Assembly (NCBI RefSeq): GCF_009914755.1
Contig: NC_060928.1
Length of the DNA: 64,000 bases
From: the human T2T-CHM13v2.0 reference genome, Homo sapiens
Reading direction: 5' to 3' (one strand)
A program made the position numbers and the translations under genes. The notes below the pieces were generated by a model. That model made no database searches. It was not told where the DNA came from and saw nothing but the letters and a program-made list of their open reading frames with translations. Below are positions 30,320 to 43,700 of the stretch, piece after piece (position 1 is the first letter of the stretch; every line of letters starts with the position of its first letter).

Positions 30320-31200
30320 ATAATAATGGTTACCACTTATTGACCGTTACGATGGACCAAGTGTAGCGGGAATTTAAATATATCATTTATAATTCTCACA
30401 AGAACATGCAAGAACAATGTCTTCAGTTACCTATGGGGAACTGAGGCTCAGATTGGCAGTCAAGTGGTGGAGCCAGGATTCAGCCCCTAGCCCATCTGCT
30501 GAGAAAGTCTTTGCTCTTTCTTCTGGTTCCTACCATGGCTGCATCATCTTCTGTGTGGGCCCTAACGGGGAGCAGGAAATGCCCCACTTCTCTCTGGGCA
30601 TGGGAGCCATAAGAAGGAGGTCCCTAACATGTACAACCACTGCTGGTTTTGGTCCTGGGGAGAACTAATAAAGAATAAAGCAAAAAAAAAACCCTTCTTT
30701 TATCATTGCGAGCATTGTCACCAGTCCTAACTGACCACTCCACTCTACCACACCCATAGCAATGGGCTGCCTTACTGTGTCATTTTTGATCGTCAGTCCA
30801 CTATCCAGTGAATTATTGCATATTCATAAGCTAGAATGTGGACAGTCAGGGAAGGCCAGCATGGAAGAGGTAAACACCTGAAACTTGATTATGGAGACAG
30901 AGTCAGAGGGTAGTGATGTTCTTTGGTTGTGGTGCTACATCGTGGGTTGCTGAGTTCCAGTACTGCTGTGAATAAGCTCTGTGGTATAGGGGAAGATATT
31001 TAAACTCCTGATGCCCTAGGTTTTCTCATCTGTAAAACGCAGATGAAAATAGTTCCTACTTCTTAGCGTGTGTTTGTGTGCACACAGGCACATGCACCTG
31101 TGTGTATTTGAGTGTATATTAAATGAATTAATACACAGCCCTTGGAAAAGTCCCCACCACAGGGTAAGCCCAAAAGTACATGAAGGCCATTATTATGATT
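30320..31200. mobile_element. Two MIRs (about 30320-30520 minus; about 30920-31200 plus)
   Basis: ggggaactgaggctcaga and ttttctcatctgtaaaa MIR cores. Confidence 0.7.
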
Positions 31201-33039
31201 ATCAAGACCAATCCTCAGATTCTAGGTCTAATAAGATAGTTTACTTTTGGCATGATTAGCCTATGATTACCAATGTCATAATGCTAATGCCTGCATTTAT
31301 ACCATGAGTTTAAAGAAGGATAAGATCAGGTCGAGGTTAATAACCATTTGAATTCTGACATGTTTGTGACACAATAATGTTCACGGGTGACACCAAAAAT
31401 GTTGAATTATAATTTGCTTTCTTGAATCCCGGTTTATTTTAGGAGGGGCCTAATTTTTTGTGTGACTCCTGTTAATTTTCATGACTGTCCTTGTTGCTCT
31501 GTTGTCTGTGTCTTTTCCTGTCTTGGATGTTGGGGAGATGAGCGATATGTAGATAGGAGAGGTGAGTGTGAGGGCAGAAGTGTGGTTGGTTGAGTGTTGA
31601 AGAGAGAGTAACAGACCCGTAAAGAAAACCACAGTATTTCCTACCCTTGATGCTGAGATATGCGATGAATATATCTATCTGTTGATAGAGCTGTTTAGGT
31701 TTTTGTTTATTTGTTTGGGTTTCGTGCAATTTCATGTAAAATTTTTCTGGTAATTTTTTGTTATTTAATTATCTTCCCAGAAGAGAAATTCTTTTTTTTT
31801 TCTGGGTTTGGGGCACATTGCTTTATCTTTTTCTGAGTTGTTAAGCAGTTAGAAAATTATTTTAAATAGATTTTTTTTGATACACTTGATGATTTTTATC
31901 AGTAAACTTGAAAACGGCTGTTTATTTTGGTCACAAAGAAATATTTTAATAATGCTTTTGACAAGATATCTCAAACCATCTGAATAGAGAATCTTAAATA
32001 GCTTTAAAAGAATCATGAACTTATTAGCAAAAATAATGAAGTTCAGTATAACATTTAAGTTGACATTTTGAGATAGTAGATAAAGTTTACTTGGGACACA
32101 CATGAAATTAAAGGTGATTCGTTAGTGTTTAGTAACTGTCTTTATTTCTTCATTTTTTTGTTTTATATTTTATTTAGCAAAACATCTTAATATTATTTTT
32201 AGTTTGGAGTGTTTGTAGAATATTTAAATAAACATTAAAAAATTCCTAAGGGAAGGGACAGGTGAAATACTAATACAAACAAAAACTGTTACAAAATCAG
32301 AAATGTCAAGATTTTGGGGGGCTACTGTGTATCTGTTTATCTACTTGATCTTATATGCGATTTTGTCTTTCATTTCATTACTCTTCTTCATTGGGAAGAA
32401 AAAATCCTCTCAAGGTCCTATCTCAGTCCCTGAAGAAATAAATAAAAAAGAGTAGCAGAAGATGGATGAGATTGAGTGGGAGGTAAAATTAGAATGGTTG
32501 CAATCAGTAAAAATCTTGAAAGTACTTTAGTGAGAGAACCATAAACAAAATATGATAGTGCATATCCTATAAGATCCATGATTACTCATAATTTATTCAC
32601 AAGTACATTAAAAATGTAAAACCATGCATAATTATTTAATGTATAATTAAAATTTAAATATTGAATTTGAAACTGGGACAAGCAATACGCTTTCCTGTCA
32701 TCTGAACAGTTCTGGAGTATCATAGGATTATTTCATGTCTGATAATATTCCATCATCTTCCTGTATCTAACATCAGATTTAATACACACAGCAGGTACTT
32801 TTTGATCATACAGTTTAGCATTTATAATGAATCTTGGAGCTGAAGCCATATAGCAGCCTTGAAAATTATGCTGTATGCCTTTGAATGCGTGGGCACTCAA
32901 GTAGGTTGGAGTAAGAAAAAGCACTCAAGTTTTTGTTGTTGTTGTTGTCTTTAATTATTTTAAAAGTCAGTCTCATTTGATCTCTCTTTCTTTCCCCCAC
33001 TCTTGATTTTGGAGGTTCCAAATGGCCTTTCTCCACTCA

Positions 33040-33217
33040 AAGAGTGGTTCTTAGGCCTGCAGGATAGCATGGTCCACTGACAAGCCGCATGGCATCCCAG
33101 GGGAGCTTATTAGAGCTACAGGCTCTCAGGCCCCACTCCAGATCTGCCGAATTGGAATCTGCATTTTAATAGGATCTTCCGTTGCTTCACGTGACATCCA
33201 AATTTGAGGAGCCCTGC
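33040..33217. mobile_element. MER5A-like hAT-Charlie
   Basis: agtggttct...ctcaggccccactccaga...gaatctgcattttaa...tttgagga. Confidence 0.75.
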
Positions 33218-33457
33218 CATATGGGATAGGTCTGAATCAGGCCGATGTTATTGTCTATATTCCTGGAAGGATTGCTTAATTTTCCAAACTTGTTTGGGTT
33301 CTGTAGCTTTTTGAATGATCCCAGGGACGCCTGATATTCCTGTTGGAAGTTTCTAAGTCTCCAACAGGGAAGATCATCTATATTATTATTACCAGTATGA
33401 GTAACAACAATGGGTGATATGATTTCCATTTATTAGCTACCCACTAGTGGAGCATGA

Positions 33458-33835
<378 letters not shown>

Positions 33836-34084
33836 CAGAAGAGGTTTTAAGAAGACAATTTACAGAAAAGAAAACCGAGGCTAGGGGTTATTGTTCAAGG
33901 TTAAATATACAATGTTAGTTCTGAAATCAAACCCAAGTTTGTCTCCCCTAAGCCACGTACCGCCCCCCCAACCCCCGTTTTTTTTTTCATTTTTTTTAAA
34001 CAATACTATATTGCTACATGCCACTTTGGTCCTCTTGCAGTAAGGAAGGGCATATAAAAGTGCCCTGTTTGTCTGGGATCAGAA

Positions 34085-34500
34085 AACAAGCCTGTGTAGG
34101 CCCAGAGAGACAAATATGGCTTGTTGTCACATGTGTGCAAGAGCTAAAGTGGATCTCACAGAAGGAGAGGGCAGAATGATAGATACTAGAGGTTGGGAAG
34201 GGAAGGTGAGAATGAGGAGAAGTTAGTTAATGGACACAGTTAGCTAGAAGAAATAAGTTCTAATATTCAACACTACCGTCGGTAAATTATATGTAATAAT
34301 TTATTGTGCATTTCAAAATAGCTAGAAGAGAAGAATTGCAATGTTTCCAGCACAAAGAAAAGATAAATGTTTGAGGTGATGGATATCCTAGTTACCCAAA
34401 TTCGATCATTGCATATTGTATACATGTATCAAAATATCACATGTATGTATAATTATATATTTATGTACAACTATGATATACCATTAAAAAAAGAAAATAA
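34085..34500 (+). mobile_element. L1MA 3' end
   Basis: gaaataagttctaa...tttcaaaatagctagaagagaa...cacaaagaaaagataaatgtttgaggtgatgg. Confidence 0.85.
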
Positions 34501-35017
34501 ACCTGTGTATAGGCATATGCTGATATTTATTGTGACTCTTATTTCTGTTTTCTGATTCTGACTTATAAATGTGTAGAATAAGGTTCTTTAAATTTGTAAA
34601 ATCTTTGTACATTTTTGTGATTTGTTTTTTGGGTTTTTTTTGCAAATGTGGGGGAAGATCATTCATAGTTTTGTTTAAATTGAATTTTCAAAAAAGGCCA
34701 TAACCCACAAATTGTTAAGAGCCATCCCCTAACTCAGCCTGTACCTTCATGGCCCTCAGCTGTTGAAATTCCCACCAGTCTGCTGGCATCATTGCATCCC
34801 TCCCAATTACTAGATTTTCCCAGTGCCTTCTTCCCAGATCATTCCTTCTCAATCCTGCCCTGGCATCAGAATCACCTCTAGACCCTGTACAGAATACAGC
34901 TGCTCAGGCCCCTTCTCAAACCTTCTGAAGGATGACCTTGGGAATGGGGCTCAGAAACCTGTATGTTTAAGAAGCTCCACAAATGATTCTGACCCAGAGC
35001 GCTATAAGTCAGCACAA

Positions 35018-35302
35018 TTTTCTTTCTTTCTTTTTTTTTTGAGATGGAGTCTCACTCTGTCGCCCAGGCTGGAGTGCAGTGGCGCAATCTCAGCTCACAG
35101 GTTCAAGTGATTCTCCCGCCTCAGCCTCCTGAGTAGCTGGGACTATAGGCATGTGCCACCACACCTGGCTAATTTTTTGTATTTTAGTAGAGACGGGGTT
35201 TTACCATGTTGGTCAGGCTGGTCTCGAACTCCTGACCTCGTGATCCGCCCACCTCGGCCTCCCAAAGTGCTAGGATGAAGGCATGAGCCACCATGCCTGG
35301 CC
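35018..35302 (-). mobile_element. AluS with a small internal deletion
   Basis: cagctcac|aggttcaag deletion; flanked by CAATTTTCTT. Confidence 0.9.
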
Positions 35303-35454
35303 AATTTTCTTATTTTCTTTCTTTCTCATTTTCTTTCCTTCTTTTTCTTTCTTTTTCCTTCCTTCCTTCCTTCCTTCTTTCCTTCCTTCCTTCCTTCCTT
35401 TCTCTCTCTCTCTCTCTTTCTTTCTTTCTCTCTCTCTTTCTTTCTTTCTTTTTC
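35303..35454. repeat. Pure-pyrimidine-rich (CTTT)n/(CCTT)n/(CT)n tract (Alu tail)
   Basis: Direct sequence. Confidence 0.92.
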
Positions 35455-35730
35455 AGGGTCTCACTCTGTCACCCAGGCTGAGTGCAGTAGCATGATCATG
35501 GCTCACTGCAGTCTCAACCTCCCAGGCTCAGGTGATCCTCCCACCTCAGTCTCCTGAGTAGCTGGAACCACAGGCTTGCACCACCATGCCCAGCTAATTT
35601 TTAAATTTTTTGTAGAGACAGGGTTTTGCCATGTTGCCCAGGTTGGTCTCAAACTCCTAGGCTCAAGTGATCCTCCCGCCTTGGTTTCCCAAAGTGCTGA
35701 GATTACAGGCATGAGCCACCACACCCAGCT
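35455..35730 (-). mobile_element. AluJ
   Basis: catgatcatggctcactgcag...caggctcaggtgatcctccc. Confidence 0.9.
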
Positions 35731-35868
35731 TCAATTTTCTTTACAAACTTTGAACAAAAGGAGATACTTCATGAACGTCCTCTTGTGGAATGATCTCCTG
35801 GAGGGAGACCCAAAGCAGCCCAGTCCTCCCACAAGAGACTCATCATCATCTAGATCTGGCTTTCCTGG

Positions 35869-36272
35869 TAAGATCCTAACTAAAGAAAGAGAGGTGAGCA
35901 AAGGAAAAGAAGGTATTTCCACCTTCACTAGTTTATAAAAAATAATGTCAGAGTTTCAATATTTACAGAAATGCCCTCACTTTTTGAAATGCAAGCATTT
36001 GATGCCTTCACAAAAGCTAGAATTTTTTTTTTTTACAAATACCCCATACACAGTGGTGTGCTGGTAAATGTTTTACAATCAGCTCTGATTTGTAGCATTG
36101 CCTATTTCCATGGTGTAAATACTCCCATCCTGGCCAATTTGAAGCTACCAACTTGGCTCACAAATTTCCTGAAAATTAAAAAAGCCTCTCATATGCCAGT
36201 ACAAGCCTACTCCATCCCACCACTGCATATGGAGAGTGATTATCTGGGAGAGATGGCTTCTGGATTTCTCCA
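35869..36272 (+). repeat. Left arm of a ~400-bp inverted duplication (contains MER63A at 36051-36225)
   Basis: Reverse complement aligns by eye to 39167-39573; MER63 TIR CAGTGGTGTGCTGG. Confidence 0.92.
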
Positions 36273-37688
36273 TAGGCTCAGGCATGCAGAATGATTCAGA
36301 GAGCTCCATTTGCTTCTTTATTCTCCTTCAGAAGATTCTACTGCGTGGCCTACTCCTTCCGAAACCAGTGCATGTTCGACACCGCAAGTCTTTCATGATG
36401 ATGTTGAAAAAAAATAACATCCTGAAGATGTTTTGACAAATTAATTTGACTTTTGAATTATTTTCCTTTTGAGAGAATAAAATGTTCCAAAGGTCTCCTG
36501 GGAAGAGATTGTTCAAATAAGGTTTTATATTGTTGATTTTGTTTTAGGTAGTTAATGCTACTACCTCTTTATCTGTGGGTTAGTAAATTGACGTTTTTCT
36601 CCTTCATTTATCTGTGTCTGCTAGAACTGTTTGACATTCTCCACCCACACAGGTTCTGATGACATTACTTTTACTCATTGTCTATTTACCTGTGAAAGGA
36701 TGAGCTGTTCATTCATGGGCATAAAGAGCAATGACTGAGGAAATGGACTAGTGTTTTTCCATTAATTTTTATAATCATGTCTTAGTTCACTATGATGACG
36801 TACAGTTTTCTCTTTGTTCCAGAGAACTATCAAAATTGTCACTGACATTTATTTACAACCATGATTTGTATAGGACAGTTTTAGAAACTTGAATACCAGT
36901 AGTTTGTCAAGCAAGATACAGCGCCTGCTTCTCTAGAATCAGGGGATGTTTAAGAGGTTATCTAGTCCAGCCTCACAGCTTGTCTCTTAGATATCTTTCT
37001 GCTTCTGTGGGAATTAATGACTTCTACTGACTGTAGATTTGTCTGGAGTTTTGCAGAACAAACCAAATCCTTCCCCACATAACTATCTTGGAAAACCTGG
37101 AGAACTTTCGACCTTTGGAAACTTGATGCTGCCTCCTAAACTTTTCTTCTCAACCTATGAAATGAGCTTCTCATGGAAATTATTTTCCAAAATAGATATA
37201 CAAAGCACAATAAAATATGTTAATGAGAGAATCAGCTAAATTGATTCACTCGAATCATAGTTGCTGCCACAAGTCAGGTGCATTCCTATTTTCTTTCCAT
37301 TACCTCTAGTGTCACTTCGTTTACCTCTGTTTTGTGCTTAACTTCTTAGACAAATTTATCTTTCCAATTTATCTTATTTGATAAGAATATTAGTGAAAGA
37401 CAGCAGAATCTTCTAAGAGAGTTATCTAAGATAACTAGAAGCTAATAATTCTAAAAGATGCTTCAAGGTCCAAAAACCCTCTTCAGTAAATAAATGCACA
37501 AAGGCATTTTGATAAGCATTTGATGTAGCCGATAACTATTATAGCACTTTAAAAAATAATTATGGTCTTTTTGGTGATTAATATCTACAGAAAGATTTCA
37601 AATCATGAAACTAAATCATTAAAACAATCTCTGCCTTATCTGATTTGTATATTAAAACTTCTCTGTGCTCACTTAACAATGTTCTTAA

Positions 37689-38039
<351 letters not shown>

Positions 38040-38512
38040 TAGCTTCTTCTTGAATGGTAATAATAAGGTGTTTTGTGATACTAATTTTAAATTATTGATT
38101 TCTGTGAATTTTAAATGATGAATTTATATGAATGGGAATGGAAATTATATTGCCTTTTTATTGTGAAGGTCGTCTTGTAGGATAGGACTATAGAGAGAGC
38201 AGAAGGAATTTTGAATATCTGATATTATTGCTGACAAATATTTTAGAAAAACTATATAATAGGTTAAAGTAAATTTTCTTCATTGATTTATTATGGCTAA
38301 TATTTAGGGCAAAGGGTGATATACTCTCGTGAGTCAGTAACTGCTAGGATAACTTATTCAGTCAAAAAATTTTCCCTAGGCCCGTTTACCGCCACTCCCC
38401 CTAAGTTGAATTCATAATGATGCAGTGCTTTGGAAAACAGCTCTGTATTAATACAAGGTAAAAAAGCCCCCACAAAATAAAAGCTTCTTTTAATTATCCT
38501 AGCATGAAATGA

Positions 38513-39087
<575 letters not shown>

Positions 39088-39166
39088 GTAGCCTCATTAT
39101 ATGTCTTATTGTGTTTCAAAATTCTGCAGATTTCTTAGACCTCAGTTTCCCCTTTTGGAGAATCTT

Positions 39167-39573
39167 TGGAGAAACCAGAAGCCATCTATCCCAAATAATT
39201 GCTTTCCACATGCAGTGGTGGGTTGGAGTAGGCTTTTACTGGCATATGAGAGCCTATTTTCATTTTCAGGAAATTTGTGAGCCAAGTGACCACACATTAG
39301 TAGCTTCAAATTGGCCAGGGTGGGAGTATTTACACCATGGAAATAGTCAATGCTACAAATTAGAGCTGAGTGTGAAACATTTACCAGCACACCACTGTGT
39401 ATGGGGTATTTGTAAAAAGTTTGTAGCTTTCTTTTGTGAAGGCATCAAATACTTTCATTTCAGAAAGTTAAGGCATTGCTGCTAATATTGGAACTCTGAC
39501 ATTATTTTATAAACTTGTGAAGCTGGAAATACCTTCTGTTCTTTTGCTCACCTCTCCTTCAATTAGAATCTTA
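39167..39573 (-). repeat. Right arm of the inverted duplication (contains MER63A at 39213-39397)
   Basis: See left arm; the ORF track shows the same peptide SALICSI.YFHGVNTP.LANLKL on opposite strands. Confidence 0.92.
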
Positions 39574-41670
39574 GTAGAGATATTTTAGATGTCATATGTA
39601 AGACAACTTTGAAATTATATTAAAAGCAAATGCATAATTAAGATTACAAAATGATTCTGTAATATGTCTCTGCAGAATAATTCTGTAATATATTCCATCT
39701 TGACTGCCCATTAAAAATCAGATGAAGTGAGATTTCACTTTTAAGATATCATGTTGATTTGGTTGTTTTCTAAATTTCACTCTGAAGGAAGAAGCAAGAA
39801 GAGAGAATATAATGCTGTCATTTCTTTTGCAATCATTTTTTGTTCCTTTGCCTTTTCTTGGTTTCCTTTCTCCACTTTTTTCTTTACTTTTTCCTCATTT
39901 CTTCTGTAAGTGAGTAATCTGTTTTTGTAGCCATCCTACCCCCTCGTGTTGTTTATTGGACCCCTGGTGACTTGCATTTCCTTTAGGAATATGCCCAGCA
40001 TTTTTAGGCTGCTAAAATATGAGCCAATTAATGATGTTCTTATTGACGAGGTCTAGGAAACTTGTAGGGTTCAGTTTCTGCAAGAATGATTTACAGTCTA
40101 TAATAGGTTAGAATGTCAAACAAGGGGAAACAATTAGTAGCACTAATGTTTTAACCCCAGGTTTATCACTGAGGGAGGATCATTGATGAAGAGGCCCATC
40201 TGTTCCAAAGATGTTTCCAACTTGCTTGTATAGCAGTTTGTAAATCAAATCAGTGCAGTGATTGTGAGGCTTATATAGCCACTTGTTTGTCAATTTTTAA
40301 AAATCACTGCTTTTGTGCACATTTCATCATGATATCTTTGAAAAATGGGGTTTTACCTGTGGAAATTACACTATTGTTTTTCAGCATTATGTTCAGTTTA
40401 TTACATGTACCAGGAACACGTGTTTTGAAATTGTCACCAGCTCCAAGAATTATGTAATCAGTGAGTTAAATATATAACTTCCAAATGAATTAGTGCACCT
40501 ATATTTTGGCAAAAATTTGTTGTTGGAGGAAGAATAGATTCATCCCAGAGTAAGTTTCTTGTCTATTTTCAGGATAAAAGATGGGAGAATTCTGTTACTA
40601 TAATCAAGTTCTTTCTTAAAATACCCTTAACCTACTTTTTTTCCCTCTAAATAATGAATGCTCCACTTCTTACATAGAATTTCACAATTTACAACCCACA
40701 TTCACATTTGTTATTTCATTTCCTGTTGGATATTTTCCCTCTGCTGTTTTCTTCCCATAGAAAGGCCATTGAATAATTGGCTCTAAGATTTGAAAGGAGT
40801 CTTCAGATTATCTGTTCAATTACTGTGCCTAGTGATCAGCCTGTCTCTTATTTCCAAAAGGAGAAGAAAATATTAGATAGGTAGACAGACTGATCATGGG
40901 GCCAAATAACAGAGTGAAAGTAAATTTTCTTTTCATAGGAGTGGAAGACAATATTATTTTTTACTTTTGTCTTTTTATTTGATCATTTATGTCATGCTCA
41001 CCCTACTGACATGTGGACTTCTGTTTCAGTGGCTCTCTGGTCACTTTAAGGCATAAATTCCTTTTACCATTTGGGAACATTGCTAACTTGCCTCCAGCTT
41101 CAAATTTCACCCACATGGATGTGAGTTTCTGGGGTGTAAAAGAGTAACATTTTATTTTTGAGGCAAGAGACTTCTTTCTTTAAAGCTGCTTTTTTACTGA
41201 TTTAGTTATTTCAAATCATATTAATACAAATTGGGGCAAATTAAGAGTTACAAGTCTGGACTTAAAATCATTTGCCTGCTCTGGTTTGGAATTTATGCAG
41301 CTATTTCTGCCTTAATTAAAACTGTGGATATTTTTAAAGCTTAGAATTTATTCTTATCTTATTCTGACGAGAATGCAAATCCAACCAGGCACATTAAATG
41401 TTCTGTGATACGGATGGAAAAAGATAGAAACTGGGCCCAGCCAGGCTGGATTTGGTTTGTGAGAAGATCGTCTTTTAATAATGGCTTGATTGATGATTGT
41501 GTGCCATGTGAAGTAACTGGAATGCTGGATGGTTACATGAAATTGTGGGAAAATTGACACAATGGGGAAAAGATGCTTGCTGAGCCTATGAAGTGCAACC
41601 TGTGCAAATATGATGATTCCTCAATTGCAAGATCAGGAACTCAGGATTACTGTGTAAAAAAGAAAATGAA

Positions 41671-41985
41671 GGCCGGGCGTGGTGGCTCACGTCTGTAATC
41701 CCAGCACTTTGGGAGGGCTGGGTGGGGGGGGGCGGGGCAGATCATGAGGTCAGGAGGAGTTCGAGACCAGCTTGGCCAATATGGTGAAACCCTGTCTGTA
41801 CTAAAAATACAAAAATTAGCTGGGTGTGGTGGCGTGCGCCTGTACTCCCAGCTACTCAGGAGGCTGAGGCAGAAGAATTGCTTGAACCTAGGAGGCGGGA
41901 CTGCAGTGAGCCGAGATTGTGCCACTGCACTCCAGCCTGGGCAACAGAGTGAGACTCTGTCTCAAAAAAAAAAAAAAAAAAAAAA
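41671..41985 (+). mobile_element. AluS with a G-rich insertion
   Basis: TSD GAAAATGAA; G-runs at 41711-41737. Confidence 0.92.
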
Positions 41986-42764
41986 GGAAAATGAATTAGT
42001 GAGGAAAGTAAGATGATGTAAAAACAACCATCCCCAGTGTCCTGAGGGTAGTGCTTCTAGCCGCTTTCCCCGCTCCCCCACCCCGTTGCTAGGAGAGAGA
42101 TGAGTTAACACACAGGGACGTGTACATTATACCAGCCGGATCCACATACCTGGCAGCTGCAACCTGTTAAACCTGTGTTTTTTTCTTCTGTGTAAACACT
42201 ATAAACAGGAAGGCAAACGTCATCCATTTACGCAGAAGAGAAAATTGATGATGAAAAACTGTCACTGCTTTGCTTAAAAAAGTCTAAGGTAAAGAACGTA
42301 TTGACTCAGAGAGGGCCATTCAAAATCTAAAGTCTTCAATTTTATTGCTATTTCTGTATTAAGGATTCTGAAGGCAAAATTTCTTCAGAATCTGTTGTTT
42401 AGACTTTACAACAAAAATAGCTTTGGGGAGCTGCTTGCCTGGAGAGGTTTTGTGGTGACTATGGAAATTAATCTTGTTGATGGGAAATCAGCTGTTCACC
42501 ATACTGCTGCCTTCATTCCCAAAGAAGAGTTTCCATTCCTACCTGGAATGGCTAGAGCCTGTTGGCTAGAGCAATGAGCCATTGAGGCCTCCTGATATTC
42601 CACCCGGGTGCAGCCTCCTTGAAGCTGCCTCAAGCCCCCTTCAGTTACTCCTTTATTCCCTTCACTGCTCCAGAAGGGTTTTCAAGCATCTGCAGCTGCA
42701 CCTCTGTCTCAAGGGCAAGCTCTACTGTCAGCCACGCTGCTGCAAGGATGGGATTGAAAAGCAA

Positions 42765-43214
42765 GACCATTCATTTACTCTTTCATTCACAAATTTATTG
42801 AACTGATATTTAAGCTTAGAATTTATTCTTATCGTATTCTTACAAGAATGCAAATCCCTACTATGTTCCAGACTCTATGTGGGGGCACAGGTGACACACT
42901 GGTGAGCTAAAATAGATCCCATCCCAGGACTAATAGACCTTACAGTCTGGGTGACAGAGGAGTTAATCAAATAACTACATTGATGAATGTATATTTTCAA
43001 ATTGAGGTGTTAAAAATAACAAACCCAGCCTGGGCAACATGACAAAACCTCATCTCTACAAAAAAATTAGTTGGGCATGGTGGTGCACACCCATAGTCCT
43101 AGCTACTCAGAAGGCTGATGTGGGAGGATCACCTGAGCCCGGGAGGTCGAGGCTGCAGTGAGCCATGATTGTGCCACTGCACTCTAGCCTGGGTGACAGA
43201 GTGAGCCTCTGCCT

Positions 43215-43265
<51 letters not shown>

Positions 43266-43700
43266 AAGAAAGAAAAAGAAAAAGAAAGAAAAGAAAAGAA
43301 AAATAACAAAGGAACTGTGGACTTAGACTAAAGCTACTCCAAGGAAGCTGTATTTAGCCATACTTAGAAGGCTGTGCGGATAAAATATGTGAATATGTGA
43401 AGCAGAGAGCATTATAGGGACGAGCCTCGTGGCTGAAAGAAGGATGGCTGAAACACAGGAGGGAAAGGCTGGTGCCTTGAGAGGCACCACGCCAAACCAC
43501 ATGGAGGTTCAAGATCTCGTAGAGAATTTTGGTCTTTATCATGAAAGCAAAGGGGAAGTTACTGATGGGTTCTTTGGTGGAGGTGACCTGAGGAGGGTTG
43601 CGTTTTAAAAAGAAAGCTTTGGCCTTGGGAGGGAAAAGAGCTGGAGAGAGGCCAGAGGGGTGGGAGGAATATCCCAGTTTGGAACCTTGAAGCAGTTTAG
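42765..43700 (-). mobile_element. L2 3' region, interrupted by an Alu and a templated insert
   Basis: cattcattt...aaatttattga...ctactatgttccagac...cttacagtct. Confidence 0.7.
43025..43300 (+). mobile_element. 5'-truncated AluJ with an A48 tract and (GAAA)n
   Basis: TSD AAAATAACAAA. Confidence 0.9.
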
